NCBI GenBank assembly: GCA_965112735.1
Contig: OZ218963.1
Coordinates: 2,666,001 to 2,730,000, forward strand
Source of the DNA: Phaeosaccion multiseriatum
Taxonomy: Eukaryota > Protista > Ochrophyta, other classes
Length of the DNA stretch: 64,000 nucleotides
Reading direction: 5' to 3'
Part shown: in pieces, positions 1 to 13,128 of the stretch
Position numbering within the stretch: position 1 is the stretch's first letter
How the letters are laid out: the number at the start of each line of letters is the position of its first letter
The notes under the pieces: generated by a model
What the model was told of the DNA's origin: nothing
Database searches by the model: none
What the model saw: only the letters and a program-made list of their open reading frames with translations
Program-made: the position numbers and the translations under genes

Positions 1-3000
1 GATGGCCAGTCACACACAGCCTCAGGTGCATGTCTTCCGCCTTGGCTCCCACCGAGGGAATTCAAATGCGGGTGCTGTCAGCGGGGTTGCTCGTCGGATG
101 GCACGCTCGAATCAACCCGTCGTCGCCAACTGATGAGAGGAGCAGGCGGCGCCCGTTCTCTCCCACCTCCTTGCTAGCCTGCTGGAGCTCCTGAAGAGCG
201 TCGGCCTGCAGACTGGCAATCTCAGTTGTGGAGGGCCAAGTGAAGTCGTCACACATAGTGTCAAACACTTGCATGGGTCCAAACTTGCCCAAGGCGAGCA
301 CACTAGGGGTGAGGCTCACCGGGTGCGTGTACCGCCTGCTAATGGGGTCGGCCCAATCATGGAGATGACCAGGGAAGTGGACAATGACGTAGTCAAAGCT
401 CTGAAGGCGCACGGCCTGACGCTGCAGCCTGTCCCTCATGGGCTTAGTCATGCCAGGGTACTTGCTGTCGTTGCTCATCATGAACGCCAAGTTGCGATGG
501 TCGCAAAAGATGTGCACTTTCTGTGCCCCGACCAAAGCGTACTCGTTCTGGATCAAGCCTCGTAGTGTCGCGTCTCCTTCCTTGTCGATGGTGGCACGCC
601 TCAGCTCTGCGCCTTCAAAGGCGCCTGAGCCGAAGGCCACCGGGATGTGGTTCATCTCATGTACCGGAAGGCACAGCTCTTTGGGGTCTATGTATGTAAT
701 CATACATCCCCAGTAGAGGTCACTAGCATCTGGGAATACCAGTGCCAGTTTGGTTGGGTCTGGGTGCGACAGCACCGTGTTCTGTGCAAGAACGCGCTTG
801 ATCTGGAAGAAAGCGTCGTCGTGCTCTGTGCCCCACCCCACAGAAGCCAATGGAATCGTCTTGGCCACTGCCTTGGAGCGCTTGTGCTGATGAGGCTTAG
901 CGTTAGCCTGCCCGAGGGCTTTGTTCAATAGCGCGTTCAAAGGACCCACTAGCTTAGCGAAGTCCTTGATGTATCGATGAAACCACTGCAGGCTGCAGAG
1001 GAAAGTCATCAAATCTCCAGCCGTCTCTGGGGCCGCGAGACTGGTCAGGCCCTGCACTCTGGCGGGGTCATGTCGCGTGCCGCGTCGGTCGTGCACGCGG
1101 CCAAGGAACTTGAGCTCGCTACCGAAACGGAACGAGTTCAATCCTATCTTGATGTTGGCACTGTGGAGGCGCTTCATCGTCAATCGAGTGAGACTCACCA
1201 TCTCCTCTCCCACCTTTGCCCAGTACGCTACGTTGTCAATGTAGACGGCGTGGGTCTTGCACAACTCTTTGCGAAAGAGGTGGGTCATCTGGCCTTGGAC
1301 GTAAGCGCCCGAGTTCTTAGCCCCCTGGGGTACTCGAGTTGGCGTCACTTTGCCATTTGGGAATATATAGGTGTGAGCAACTTGGCTCAACTTGCCTAGT
1401 GGGAATTGCCAATACATGTCAACCCCATCTATCTCGATGAATCATAGGCAACCCAACATGGAGGCTACGGCGTCTTCAATGTTCATCATCCCAAAATCGA
1501 CCTTCTGTACCTTTTCATTGACTTCGCGAAAGTCGCAGACGATACGGTACTTGCCTGGCTTGCCGGGTTTGCCCACTGCAAACGCCGGGCTGCCATGAGC
1601 GCTCTGCGGGTTGCTATAACCCAGGCCTTTGTCTATCAACTTGTTGCAAAAGTCATTTACAAAAGCACCCTTTGCGCCTTGTTGCCTTATGGGGAGACGG
1701 GAGCTCGGTACCTTATTGGTAAACGTCACCTCCATTGGCTCTACGTTAGCGGGGCCGTCGCTAAAGAGCAACTCTTCCCGCCACACGTCGAACTCTAAGA
1801 GAGCTTCCATCATTGGCTCTCTCAGCTCCGCAGGGAAATCATGATCAGTGACTGCTTTGTCCACAATGGGACCTAGCACCTCTCTACGGCGTGCCTCAGA
1901 AGGGGGAACTCCCTCTGATGGCCCTTGAATAGTATCCGGTACACCTTCACACTCTTCACGGTCTTTATTATTAAGCGGTTGGCCGCCTATGGCGCTAACC
2001 TCTGGTGCCTCTGCACTGGCGACAGGAGGGGGGCTCTCGGCCGCAACCTCCTGCGCTCCTACCCCCAATACTTGCACGGGGAAGTTGCTTGCCTCAAAAT
2101 CAGCATAGTCTTGGATGGTCTCAACGCCCATAGAACACACGCTCTTCTCAACACTCTGCTGCTTAGTCGGGGCAGCCCCTGTCGCAGGGGAAGCGTCGTC
2201 ACGCTCCCTCTGCAGGGTCTCCTCCGACCGTTTCTCGTGCACTCTGTGCAACTGCTCAGTCAAAGACTCCAAGCCAAGTGCCTTATGCAAAGGCCGGCCC
2301 AGAATCAGTCTGCTGCCCAAGCTCTCAAGAACCAATATGGATCTGAACTCCTTGTCCAGCTGCGCTGTACTCACGCTTCCATGACTCAGCTCTATCTCAA
2401 GGTGACTGCCGCACAACACTTCGTTGGCAGTCACAGGTCCAGCAGTAGTGACGCACTCCGAAGGCTCACAGGCCTCTAGTACGCCACCACCCTTTCCGAC
2501 CCACGTGCGAGCCAGGTCACCACCCATGACCATACCCACATCGCATCCGCTGTCAAACAGGGCTTGCGCCGACATCCGCACCTCCGGAGTCGTGTCATTC
2601 ACGAGAACCACGCTCATGCGGTCTCCCGTGAGGTCCATAGCAACTGGCCCTGGCAAAGAAACACCTGCCGTAGCCGAAGAAGATGAGACGGACGTCACCC
2701 CCGGTTTCTTCGCCTCAGCCTTCCTCTGCTCCCATGCCTTCTGTTTCTCTGCCTTGATGCGTTTCTTGTCTTCGGCAGTGGTTGTAGGGCAGTCGTCAAT
2801 CCGATGCGGCTTGTCGCAGGCCCAGCACTTCGGAGTACGGGCCTTCTTCAATGGGTTGCTGGCTGTCTCTTTGCCCGCTGCTGTCTCCTTCGAGGAGGTC
2901 TCTGCACCCGTACGCTTTGGCTGCTGCTCCTGCTGCCACTTGCGCTTGCCGCCTGCACCTTTGCCTTGCCCACCACCGCCTCCCCCGCCGCCTCCAGATG

Positions 3001-4034
3001 CCCCTTGGTCACCCTTGAGTCCGGGAAGGAAATGTTCGGCCTTACCGCCGATACGCCGTGCTGCCGCTCTCATGGTGGCCCACTGGCACAAGTGTCTGAC
3101 GAATTTCTCCATCCACTCCCCGTGATGCTCTCCCCAGTCCTTCTGTCCATCTTTGAACGCGTCCACCAGCATCTTCTCCATGCATGGGTCATAATTCTTG
3201 ATGATGGTAAGCAAGCCTCGCTGCATCCCTTTGGCAGCGTGCTTTCCGTTCGGACCAAGGAAGTTCGTATCGGTGGGGTTCAAGTTCAGGTACTCCTTCC
3301 TTGCTGCCGACTCGTGGATCATGCGAAGGTATTGCTGGCACATGTACTGAAGATTGTGCTTGAATTGGAGAGGGTCCGGATCATACACGAGTACCGTCTT
3401 CCTGATTATCTCGTTGAGAGTGGCGTTTCCGTTGACGTCCTCCCTGCGATTCTTCTTCAACCACCTCTCCAAGTAATCCCGTACCATCTTGGACGTGAGC
3501 TGAGCCTCCGACACTTGATTGGCGATGGCTATTCCAAAACGATGGGCTGGGTCGATGAGCTGCACCATGCTGGGGATATCCAGCCAGCGGCTTGTCCCTA
3601 TCCCTGAGCGCGGACTGATCGTACTGCAGTAAGAACTCGCTGATGACTTCCGCAGATAGAGGCGTCCGTATCTCCGGATAATGGGTTGGGTCCCTCATGA
3701 TGATGCCTTGAACCGCCATGATGCCGCTCCTCCAATCGGTCCGAGAAAATCCTTCTCCAAAGCTTTTCTAAAGCGAGAACTAGTTCTGTGCTAAGCTGAG
3801 ATAGTAGAAACGTTAAGGGGTTTGGACTAAGTATATGCTGCGCCTATGGTGGGGCGTCAGTGTCCGTATTGATAATATATCTCTACTACTTGCTGATGCA
3901 AAGCTTGTGCCCACAAAGAGGAGGGTGAAACGCCAGAGCCGTTGATCCCCCTCGGGGCGTGCCTAGGAAACAGACATTCTTATTATACCCCAGAATGTGT
4001 GACCGGAAACCCTCAGGCAGGACAATCTACCACA
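1..4034 (-). mobile_element. Ty3/Gypsy LTR retrotransposon G1 (5' part; runs off the window), inserted into Gy-EXO copy W
   Basis: Starts TGTGGTAG at 4034 (minus), exactly where the Gy-EXO ORF2 sequence is interrupted. Putative 5' LTR ~3847-4034. Encodes gag, protease, RT and RNase H. Confidence 0.85.
62..3719 (-). pseudogene. G1 gag-pol (zinc knuckle, aspartic protease, RT, RNase H), disrupted
   Basis: CWACDKPHRIDDC knuckle; LFDSGC protease; RT motifs YRIVCDFREVN, RVPQG and YIDN; RNase H FPDASD...DHRNL. In-frame TGA at 1442-1444 within RT. Frame change near 3570-3600. Stop at 62. Confidence 0.88.
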
Positions 4035-5243
4035 TGTGCCGCCTGCTCGTCACCCTTGCGCAGCGCTGCCTTCGCCTGCTGGGCACGCCGTCTCAACCAC
4101 TTTGCTGCCACCCTCTGCTCAGTCCTGCTCCGCCCCTCCGCCGGAGGCACCGCTGGAGACGTCAGCGGCAGGGTCCGAAGGCTCTGCTCCTGCTGCTGAA
4201 GCTGAACCTCCTCCTGCTGCTGAAGCTGAACCTGCCACACCCACTGTTCATGTTCCCCCGTGGGAGTGAATGGCGGAAGAGATGCTGCCCCGAGCGGCAA
4301 GGCCCGCACGAGGCCCATGGCCTTGGCCTGGCGAGGCGTCACCAGGGAGCACAGCTGCTGAGGCTGAAGCTCATCGCTTGACGGTGGGCTGGCTTTTGCA
4401 ACCTGGACGGCAGCCTCGACAGCATGACCCTGCTGCTGCTCCAATTGCTCCTGCTGCCCCCCCGCCACCTGCGGCTGCTGCTCGGCAACCTGGACGACTG
4501 CCTCGACAGCAGGACCCTGCTGCGGCTCCAGTTGCACCTGCGGTCCCGCCGGCTGCTGCTGCAGCAGCTGCTGCTGCTGTCCCAGCCGCTGTTGCCGCTC
4601 CTTCGCCGCACGCAGTGCGCGCTGTTCCGGGAAGGCACACGCACGCACCCGCTCCAAACCCCTTGCATCCATCCAGACAGACTCGTGTTGCGCAACGGTT
4701 GCCGCCTCGCACTCAACCTCCCCCACTGCCGACGGTGGCACCTGCTGCTCCGGACACTCACCCGCAACGACTGCATCCTCCTGGCGCAGAGGCAGCGGCA
4801 GCGCGACGTCAGGTCCGCTCGACGGCTCGACGGCAGAGCCGGGCTGCGGTGCTTCGACTAAGCACACGGAGCGTACCACTGGACACGGCTGCTGCTGCTG
4901 CTGCTGCTGCTGCTCCGGCGGCGGCAGCTGCTCGACTGCGGAAGCCGCTGGCGCAGCCTCCTGGTGCACGCCCTCCACGACTACCTCTACTGCACGCTGC
5001 GCCTGCTGCTGTACCGCCGTCATCTCCGTGTGCTCACCAGCAACGACTGCATCCGGGCCGTCAGTGCCCCTCGACTGCTCGACCACAGAGCGTACCACAG
5101 GACCCGGCTGCTGCTCTAGCTCCTCCCCGACTACCTCTACTGCACGGCGCTGCTGCTGCGCCTGCTGCTGCACCGCCGTCACCTCCGTGGACGCACTACC
5201 CACTACTGCATGCTCGGGACACCGATGCTGCGGCAGCTCTGCA

Positions 5244-5276
<33 letters not shown>

Positions 5277-5530
5277 TGCTGCCGTCGTAGCCGAGCACGT
5301 CTGAGTCTGTTGCCACACCACATGTCACTCCGATAAACTCTGATGGCAGGTGACTCCTGCTCTACACGACTAGCCTGACCGCTCCTACGCTGAGCGTCGG
5401 CATGGGGCAAAGGTGGGTCTGACAAACAAGATAGGTGCGAAGTACATTCATTATCTTCTACACTGCTCTTGCCTGCCCTCCCCCCCTGTTCCCCCACGCC
5501 GACGCTATCCTCACGCGCTGCGGTCGTGGT

Positions 5531-5569
5531 CCCCAGGGCTGCTGGCCAAGCAGCCCCGGGGCACCGTCA
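5531..5569 (-). promoter_or_regulatory. Putative gag-pol stop-codon readthrough signal (UGA-CGG plus 13-bp stem-loop)
   Basis: GGC TGA CGG TG CCCCGGGGCTGCT tggcc AGCAGCCCTGGGG. The downstream ORF is in frame with gag in this copy. Confidence 0.65.
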
Positions 5570-5867
5570 GCCTTCGAACTTGAACCCGTCCTGCGCCGCC
5601 AGAGTGCCCGCCACCATTGCTGCTACGGCTTCAGACATGTCGGACTCCTGGTGCAGCGCTCTGACCGCCTGCCGCCGCTGCACGCGACTCACAATGCCGA
5701 GCAGCTCCTCACGCGTAGCGGGAATGGCGTTGCATTCTATCCATCCATGGCCGGCGCGGCGACAAGTCATGCAGTTAAATGGGGCATTGCCGTTGCCACG
5801 CTGCTTGACCGAGCCGTGGAACAGCAAGGGCCGCTGCTGGGTGGGCGTGAGCCGCGGCTGCTGCGCC

Positions 5868-5902
<35 letters not shown>

Positions 5903-7813
5903 TGCATTCACCCCCACCTCCTGTGACGGCTGATGGTCCAGATGCTGCGCCACCGAATTCACGGCCACTGCCAGATGCTGCTCCACCGCATTCACGGCCA
6001 CTCCCCCGCGCGGAGTGCGCAGACCACCACCACCACCACCACGGGCCCGCGGAGCCCCACCAGTAGAAGAGAGCGTAAGTGGGCTACCAGCCTGGAGCAC
6101 CCGAGTCGCGGAAGGAAATGCCTTCTGGAAGGCGGCGTAGAAGTCACTCCACGAGGGAGTCGCCGACTCCCAGCGCAGCCAGAAGTTGGTCATGCCATCA
6201 GTTAATGGCAACGAGCCGTGACGAAGCCGAATCTCGACCTCTGGCCGCAGCACCGCCAGCAGGCCCGTAACCAAAGCTTGCTCATCCGTGGCCTGCCCCG
6301 TCACCTGCGCCAGACACAGAGAGAGTTCCGCCAGCTTGGTGAGCAGCCTGGCGAGCGCCTGGTTCACCTCGGCAGGAACGGTTGACGCTTCCAGAGGCTT
6401 GGCCTCCCGCACCAACGTCTGGACAAGCTGCTGGAGGCCGTCTCGCGCAACAGGAACGCCGAAGAGACGCAACAGACACCTCGCGAGCAATTGGAACTGT
6501 GCACTCTCCGTCTCCCACTCCAATGTGACGTGCTGGTCGCCCTCCATCCACGACGCACCCTTCTGAGCCTCCGCCAGGACAGTGGCCCGATCCACTGCAC
6601 CCAAGTCGGCCAGCACTCGCTGCTCCATCACCCGCCCTTGGCCCGGAAGCACGGACCCAGTAGAAGTCAAGATCTCCTGGCCTTGCAGAATGCTCACCCA
6701 GTTGTACATGGTTGCGAGCACCACAGCACGAGGTTGAGGCTGTCCAGCCGCATCGAATAGAGAGGGAAGTTTCTGCTCCTGGAGCACACGGATAGCACCC
6801 ACGGGCGGCGTGATCGTCTGCACCGTATGACGGGCGGGCGCCTGCAGCGCACCCAGTGCCTGCTGCCGTGCCCGCTCCCGCTCCCGTTCCATGTCCCGCT
6901 GTAGCATATCCTTAACCTGCTGCTGCAGCACCTCTACCCCCCCCGGTGCGGCATCCTTAACCTGCTGGAGCTGCGCCGCTAACAGCTCCCGCTGCAACGT
7001 CTCCACCTCCAACTGGGCAGCACCCTCAGGCGGCCGCTTCGGCTGCGGCTGCGCCGCCATCTGTCGCTGCAGCTCCGCCGCCACCTGCTGCTGCAGCTCC
7101 ACCGCAAACTCCCGCTGCTGCTCCGCCCCCCGCGAGAGCCGCAGCACCTCCAGTTCCCGCTGGAGGGCCGCCGTCTCCGCCTTGCTCTCCCGCAGTTGGG
7201 CCGCCATGAGCTGCGCAGCTTGGTGCTGCGTCAGCATCTCAAGCCCCTCCTGGAGAACCCGCGTGTCCTCCTGCTCCGGTGTCTTCTCTCCCTCCGCTGG
7301 CTGATCCACCACCCGAGCCCCGCCAGACGCACCAACAAGAGGGACCAAGGGCGTTCCAACCACATCCCACACCGTGCTCTCCTCCTGGCCCACCGACTCT
7401 GCATCCCCCGAGTCCTCCTGGCCCACCGACTCTGCATCCCCCGAGAGGAAGGAAACCTCCGACTCCGCCACCGGCAGCGGACTCACCCCAGCAGCAGGAG
7501 GGGAAGCGGCAGCAGCCGTAATCGCAGACCCCTCAAAAAAAGAGGGCGACTCCAGGGACTCCTCCCCCCTACGCAACGCCACCCGCACACGGTCCACAGC
7601 CCCAGGGCTGGCAGTGACCTCCGCAGGAGGAGCAGCAGCTGCCGATACCACAGACCCCACGTCCGCAGCACCACCATCAGCTCCACCGCCCTCAGCGTCA
7701 CTCGTAGCGCCCTCCGCCGATGAAAGACTCAGGAAGTCCATCCCCTCCTCAGCCATGGCCACCCTAGCAGCGTGGAAACGCAGGAAGTCCATCCCCGCCT
7801 CAGCCAGTGCCAC
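5567..7813 (-). CDS. gag: Gy-EXO gag (copy W)
   Basis: 748-aa ORF with coiled-coil region and CMTCRRAGHGWIEC (CX2CX4HX4C) knuckle. First ATG at 7792. Confidence 0.88.
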
Positions 7814-8128
7814 CCTAGCAAGCCCAAAGCTGTCTACGGCCTAAAGCTGGGCAGCTGGAAGCAAAGCTCAAGCCAACACAATAAATCAGCCTCAAAGCTG
7901 GATCTCAGACCTGTGTCTTTCGGGTCTTCCGGGTTGTCGAAACTACCGACAGCTAGCCTCAAAGCCAAGCTAGAGCAGAGCAGAAGCTGAAGCAAGCACC
8001 CGGAAGCCAGCCCACACGCAGGCTGCGCTTCCTTTCTTTTATTACTGATTTACGTCTGTTGGCCCGTTTTCCGGCCGTTACACTACTGATTGGGTCCCCA
8101 AGGGACCCCAACTAGGCCACTTCTAACA

Positions 8129-8740
8129 GAAAATCCCACGACTCAAACTCACCCACACAGGCTCACGGATGAGAAGATCCCACGACTCAAACTCACCCGC
8201 TCCATTTCTCCACTCCTACTCGCCACCAGCGTTGCCAAAGCCTCGTTGCGCACCACCAATGCTGACTGCTCAAGTGTTTACTGGTGTGCCTACAAGGCAC
8301 CCAGACAGTCCCTAAAGCAGCCTTGCGAGTATCCTTCTCTGTCTCCCACCAAGCTCCGTGCAACAGCAACAGCCGCGCTGCTGTCACACTCGAAAGCCGT
8401 GCCCGCTGTAAGACACCGCTCCCGGCATTTCTCTGTCTCCGCTCCTACTCGCCACCAGCGTTGCCAAAGCCTCGTTGCGCACCACCAATGCTGACTGCTC
8501 AAGTGTTTACTGGTGTGCCTACAAGGCACCCAGACAGTCCCTAAAGCAGCCTTGCGAGTATCCTTCTCTGTCTCCCACCAAGCTCCGTGCAACAGCAACA
8601 GCCGCGCTGCTGCCACACTCGAAAGCCGTGCCCGCTGTAGGGCACCGCTCTCGGCAATTCTCTGTCTCCACTGCCCACCAACCTCCAGCATCCATTTCCG
8701 TGCAACAACAACATCCGTGCTGCTGCCACACTCGAAAGCC
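8129..8740 (-). mobile_element. Internal half of non-autonomous LTR element E, with a 229-bp tandem duplication
   Basis: Reverse complement of the E internal region (~34880-35228). Duplicated unit at ~8215-8443 and ~8444-8672. Confidence 0.85.
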
Positions 8741-9262
8741 TTCCAGGTGTGTCGCCGTCACGCAGTGACAGAGGATGAAATCAGCTTGCAAAGACGCGGG
8801 CCCGCAAGGTTGCTAGCACCCTGTGTAAATGAGGAAGGAGGAGGAGAAAGAGAAAAAAGAGGAAAAAAAAACCGTGAAAAATTTCCTTACCATCACATGC
8901 GTAGGTCCCACCTTCCGCGGTGTGTTACGGCGCGGATCTTCATCGCAGCGTTCGGGCGTGTCTTTGTCTGTCTCGGTCCCTGCAATGCACACGCTCCCCG
9001 CTCACTGTGGTTGTACAGGAATTTCAGCAATAATGCAAAGCGGTCACAATATAGCATTAGTAGAAATGCAAAGCGGAAATTCCAACTCAACGATTGATTG
9101 GGGGACAGCTGCCAACCCAACACCCTTGCAGCGATAGAAAGTTTTGCCCGGCATGGGAGAGAGAAAGAACTGAGGTATTCTCTCGCACGCGACTGTATGC
9201 TGGCATACCCTAATATTAGTTTTTCTTCCCTCCGCTTTCCTTCCTTTCTTTCCTTCAAAAAC

Positions 9263-11188
9263 ATGTTGCTCTGCTTACTGTGGATATTTGTAAGTGCGGT
9301 AGTAGCAGTGCCCGAGAGTGGCTTGGAATGGAAAGTCGATATTGTGTTCACGCTTGTGACTTCGACCGAAGTTTCTGGGCGGTTCGATGCACTCTCTATG
9401 CTGCAAGCCTTGGTGGCTCACACCGTGCGGGCAGCTCCCAACGCTCGAATCCACGTCTTGACAAACGATGCTCAGAGCGCCTCCGCTGCGAAAAGTGGCG
9501 GAGCATTTGTGGGTGACTTGGTGGCGTTTAGTTCACAAGCCGCCTCCTTCCGAAATATGTACCTCGCTCAGAGCGTGAATCCGTTTAAGTACGAGCGCTG
9601 GTGTTTCGAGCGCTGGTTTGCGATTTCGGAGTATGCGGCCTTCTTGACCGAAACTCTCGACGTGCAAGTGGTAATGGCTATTGACTACGATCTGGTTCTT
9701 CTCCGGGATCCCAAAGAACTCTTGCTGTCGTTGCATCCTGCTCTCAAGGACACGTCTCGCATAGATGATCACTTTGAGACCCTTTCCCTAATCTATGGGG
9801 CGTGTACCTTCTGGTCGCTTACGGGCCTCAAGAACTACACCACTTTCCTGTTGGGCATCTGGCGGGATCGCGACGTGGAGCTCATCATGCGGGCAGGGGG
9901 GAAAATTTCTGGGAAAAGGTACACAAGTCAATCGCCAGACCACTACCAGTTCATTCCGGTGAAGCAAAATGACACCTTCGTCTACCATTTTTCGGATATG
10001 CATGCGTGGATTGAGTTCACCAAATCAGCCCCGACGGTCAGGTACATTGATCGTGGGACCATAGAACAAGACTTCATAGTGGTGCCTCAACTTGCCGCGA
10101 TCTTGCCCCCGAAGGAAGTTTACACCTTATGGGTCGCACATGGAGAGCTTGTCGCCATCCCTCGCTTCCCCGAGTGGCCTGCCAAGTCGTTGTTTACCCC
10201 TCGAGGTGTTGGGATAATTCACTTCAACGGCGGTAACAAGAAGGGCATTGTGCCATTCTTTGCCGAGCTGGAGGCCCTAGGCTGGGGGCCTTCTCTCCCC
10301 CCCACCCCTTTGACTGAAATTCAGGCCAGCAGTGCAGCAGAGCTTTCTACCATCCGCCTCGTATTCGTCCACGGAGTTGAGCACTCAGGAGGGCTTATGC
10401 TTGTCAGAATGCTGGCTAGACCCTTTCTGGACACCATTTGTAGTCCGGAGGGAGCCATTACTGGAGGCGCAGACGCACAAAGTGTGTATCCGACCTTGTC
10501 GGTCCGTCGCGACGAATCAGCGAGAGTTTGCGGATGCGAAGAAAACTTTTGTTGGTACCGATGCCCAAAGCTGCTTGAAGAGCTTGCGACAGACGCGAAT
10601 CGCCATGAGATCTTGTCCGCGTGGATGGCGGGCAGGTGCAACCATGCTCAAACCCCGCAAGTCATGGTTGTGCAGGACGACGATTTTGCTCTTACTTTCA
10701 AACACACACTATTCCCTCTCCGTTCTCGTAGCCTTATAGTTGTTCGCCATCCTATGTGCACTGAAGATGGGGGTCTGCCCGGATGGGAGAGAATTTGGGT
10801 TAACTTTCTGTCCAACGACATCCTTGTTGTTGGGGAATCTGTCGTTGTCGTTCGCTGGGAGGACATTATGCGTGGACCAAATGCCCTACGAGAGCTGCTG
10901 GAGCAGGAGTTGAGTTTGCCAGCGCCACCCCGCGTCATGTTTGGTGAAGACCCCCCACATGATTCTCTGGCAAGGGGGCTATATAACGGCAAATGCTCCC
11001 CTCAGTGCACCGCAGCAGGCGGCTCATACTCTGAGTGCCAAGCCTCTCCCCAGGGTATTGCGCTTGCGTCTCACTTCGGATATTCTTTCGATGGCATCAA
11101 CGCATTCGAGCTAAGATCCGATGATCCCGTTCGCATATTCTCTGGGAAGCATTTGCTGGAACTGCGTGCCAGTATGTTCCTGTTGTAA
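9263..11188 (+). CDS. Secreted/Golgi protein: glycosyltransferase-like N-domain plus sulfotransferase-like C-domain
   Basis: Signal peptide MLLCLLWIFVSAVVA; ERWCFERWF and AIDYD (DxD-like); C-terminal VFVHGVEHSGG (5'-PSB-like), IVVRHP (3'-PB-like) and VVRWEDI. Intronless ORF. Confidence 0.6.
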   Translation: MLLCLLWIFVSAVVAVPESGLEWKVDIVFTLVTSTEVSGRFDALSMLQALVAHTVRAAPNARIHVLTNDAQSASAAKSGGAFVGDLVAFSSQAASFRNMYLAQSVNPFKYERWCFERWFAISEYAAFLTETLDVQVVMAIDYDLVLLRDPKELLLSLHPALKDTSRIDDHFETLSLIYGACTFWSLTGLKNYTTFLLGIWRDRDVELIMRAGGKISGKRYTSQSPDHYQFIPVKQNDTFVYHFSDMHAWIEFTKSAPTVRYIDRGTIEQDFIVVPQLAAILPPKEVYTLWVAHGELVAIPRFPEWPAKSLFTPRGVGIIHFNGGNKKGIVPFFAELEALGWGPSLPPTPLTEIQASSAAELSTIRLVFVHGVEHSGGLMLVRMLARPFLDTICSPEGAITGGADAQSVYPTLSVRRDESARVCGCEENFCWYRCPKLLEELATDANRHEILSAWMAGRCNHAQTPQVMVVQDDDFALTFKHTLFPLRSRSLIVVRHPMCTEDGGLPGWERIWVNFLSNDILVVGESVVVVRWEDIMRGPNALRELLEQELSLPAPPRVMFGEDPPHDSLARGLYNGKCSPQCTAAGGSYSECQASPQGIALASHFGYSFDGINAFELRSDDPVRIFSGKHLLELRASMFLL

Positions 11189-11528
11189 TTGGGTGTATGC
11201 GTGGGAAATTTATTTTGGATTTGGAGTCGGTTTTTACCGGGGGGGTGCACAGCAGGCGTAAACTCAAATGAGAGCCAGATTTGAATGCTGCGGAGGGTCA
11301 CCCACCACAGACTCTGATTTATTTATATATCTTAAACAGGTAGGCTTCATATATTTTTTTCAGGTACTTCGCCTTGCCCCCCGTCCTGGATTTGTCACGG
11401 CGGTGCTCCTTCTCCTCTGGTGCCGTGGGCTGACCGTGTCATGGAGCAGCAAGGCAATGCAAACGACGGCGTTGACGGTAACCCTGCCCCCCCCCTGTCC
11501 CCATCTTGCCGACCCGCAGCACGCGCCA

Positions 11529-12578
11529 ATGACGAAGTTTGGTTTCAATGAGTTCGAGGCGTTGACGGACGCTTTCCTAGAAGTGGATGTGCATACTAAG
11601 AAGCATGGTGTAGACGTCTATACTAATCAAGGAGGCGGGGTGGAAAAGAACGTGGAGGCGCAGCTGCAGGAATCGGGGAACGCTGTGATGGTTGCGTACA
11701 GCACGGAGGGTGATGGGCCACAGAAGAGCAGCCGCAAGAAACGGTACACCGACTTTTACACGTCGGGTATAAAGGCGACAAAGGCATTGGACGATGCCGT
11801 GAAGGCTGAGGCGGCGAAGGACCGCGGTAGTTATTGTTACTTCCAGGGTGACCACGACGGCACGAACCCGGAGTGGTACGACGTTTTGGACCCGGATGCG
11901 AACCTAGGTCACATTCCCCAGGGGGCGGGAGTGTCCGCCGCTAAAGGTGACTGGTACAAGCAGTTGACGGGCTGGGAAATGAACGAGAACACGGGTGTAC
12001 CTCATCTCTTCCTAACCCAAAACCTACCACTCGACTACATAGCCAAGTGGAGACGGTTGTACGAGAGACAGGTGAAGGAGGATGCCCGTGTCCAGGCAAA
12101 CAAGGACGCGGCCACGAAGGCAGGGGCAGAAAAGACATGAAACGACGCGGTGGCTGAGGCAGCAGCGAACACCGGCAAGACGAAGGTGCCGGATGAGGGG
12201 ACGCCTGCCTCGAAGCGCAGCAAACCGCACTTGACACCTACGTCTGCGCCGATTACTGATGCATTTCAGATATATTCCCAGACCAAGGCCAAAGCCGACG
12301 AGGTCAGGGCCGAGGAGAAGATGCGCGAGCGGGAAATGGAGAGGGCGTCCATCGAGGCGCAGGCGGCATCGGCCAGGGCTACTGCCGAGGTGCAGACGGC
12401 GGCGGCTGAGCGTATGCAGGGTGCCCGCTTGGAGGTTATTTCTTCAGTCGGGGGCGTTTTGGGCCGCATGGGCGAGACGTGGTTGAAGGCCCAGGATAAG
12501 AAACTGGAAATTCAAAAAATGGAGGCGGAAACCAAGCTCCTTGAAGCTCGGGCGGCTGCTCGCAACAGCAAAGACTGA
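11529..12578 (+). pseudogene. Hypothetical protein with coiled-coil C-terminus, split by one in-frame TGA (12138-12140)
   Basis: ORFs 11268-12140 and 12150-12578 are in the same frame and have protein-like composition. No family recognised. Possibly associated with the adjacent Crypton. Confidence 0.4.
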
Positions 12579-12855
12579 CGTCGACGAGATGGGACAGTGC
12601 CAGTGCGATTGGGTGTTGGAGAGGACGGAAGTGGGGCAGCAGGGCCTGGGGTCCTGGGGGAGCTGCGAGTGCAATGCTGGCTGAAGCGAAGCGGGAGGGA
12701 TGGTTGGGGGCGTGGCGGGGATAGGAAGGAGTACATTTACGTCCGAACGCCGGCTCATCCAAACCCCTTAGTGTAGTAGGTACGAATACTACTCTTATCT
12801 TTTTGCTTTAATATATAAAGTTCTCTGTAGTCCGTATGTCTAATAGTACCGTGAT

Positions 12856-12873
12856 GTGGGGCACCTGCCCCAC
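12856..12873. repeat. Palindrome GTGGGGCA-CC-TGCCCCAC upstream of the Crypton ORF
   Basis: 8-bp inverted arms; matching motif at 16359-16377. Confidence 0.7.
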
Positions 12874-13128
12874 GAAATTATGGTTTTGGATATTTTATGG
12901 GCCACAAATGCTCGTTTTTCAAGTTTTTTATCCAATATTTTTTGGTTGTGGGGCATTCTCCCCCCCCTCCCCACATGGATTTTTATTCATTCACAGCATC
13001 AGCATATTTGCACAGGGCAGCTATGTAAGAGGAGCAGCGGCTGCGCGGACGATACCCGGCTGTAACAGCTGATGCCAGTGGTGGGAGGGGCATCTCCCAC
13101 GTGAATTTGTAGGAGAACAGAGCATACC

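Larger units (their letters stand above)
4035..8128 (-). mobile_element. Gy-EXO copy W (5' LTR, gag, start of ORF2), interrupted by G1
   Basis: Near-identical to 44121-48130. 5' LTR 7935-8128 reads TGTTAGAAGT...TTTCGACA on the minus strand. Confidence 0.95.

Noticed and set aside
4270-5304. Long antisense and alternative-frame ORFs over Gy-EXO (also 44356-45342, 49809-50837 and many others)
   Set aside because: Shadow ORFs of GC-rich, CAG-repeat coding sequence with no recognisable domains.
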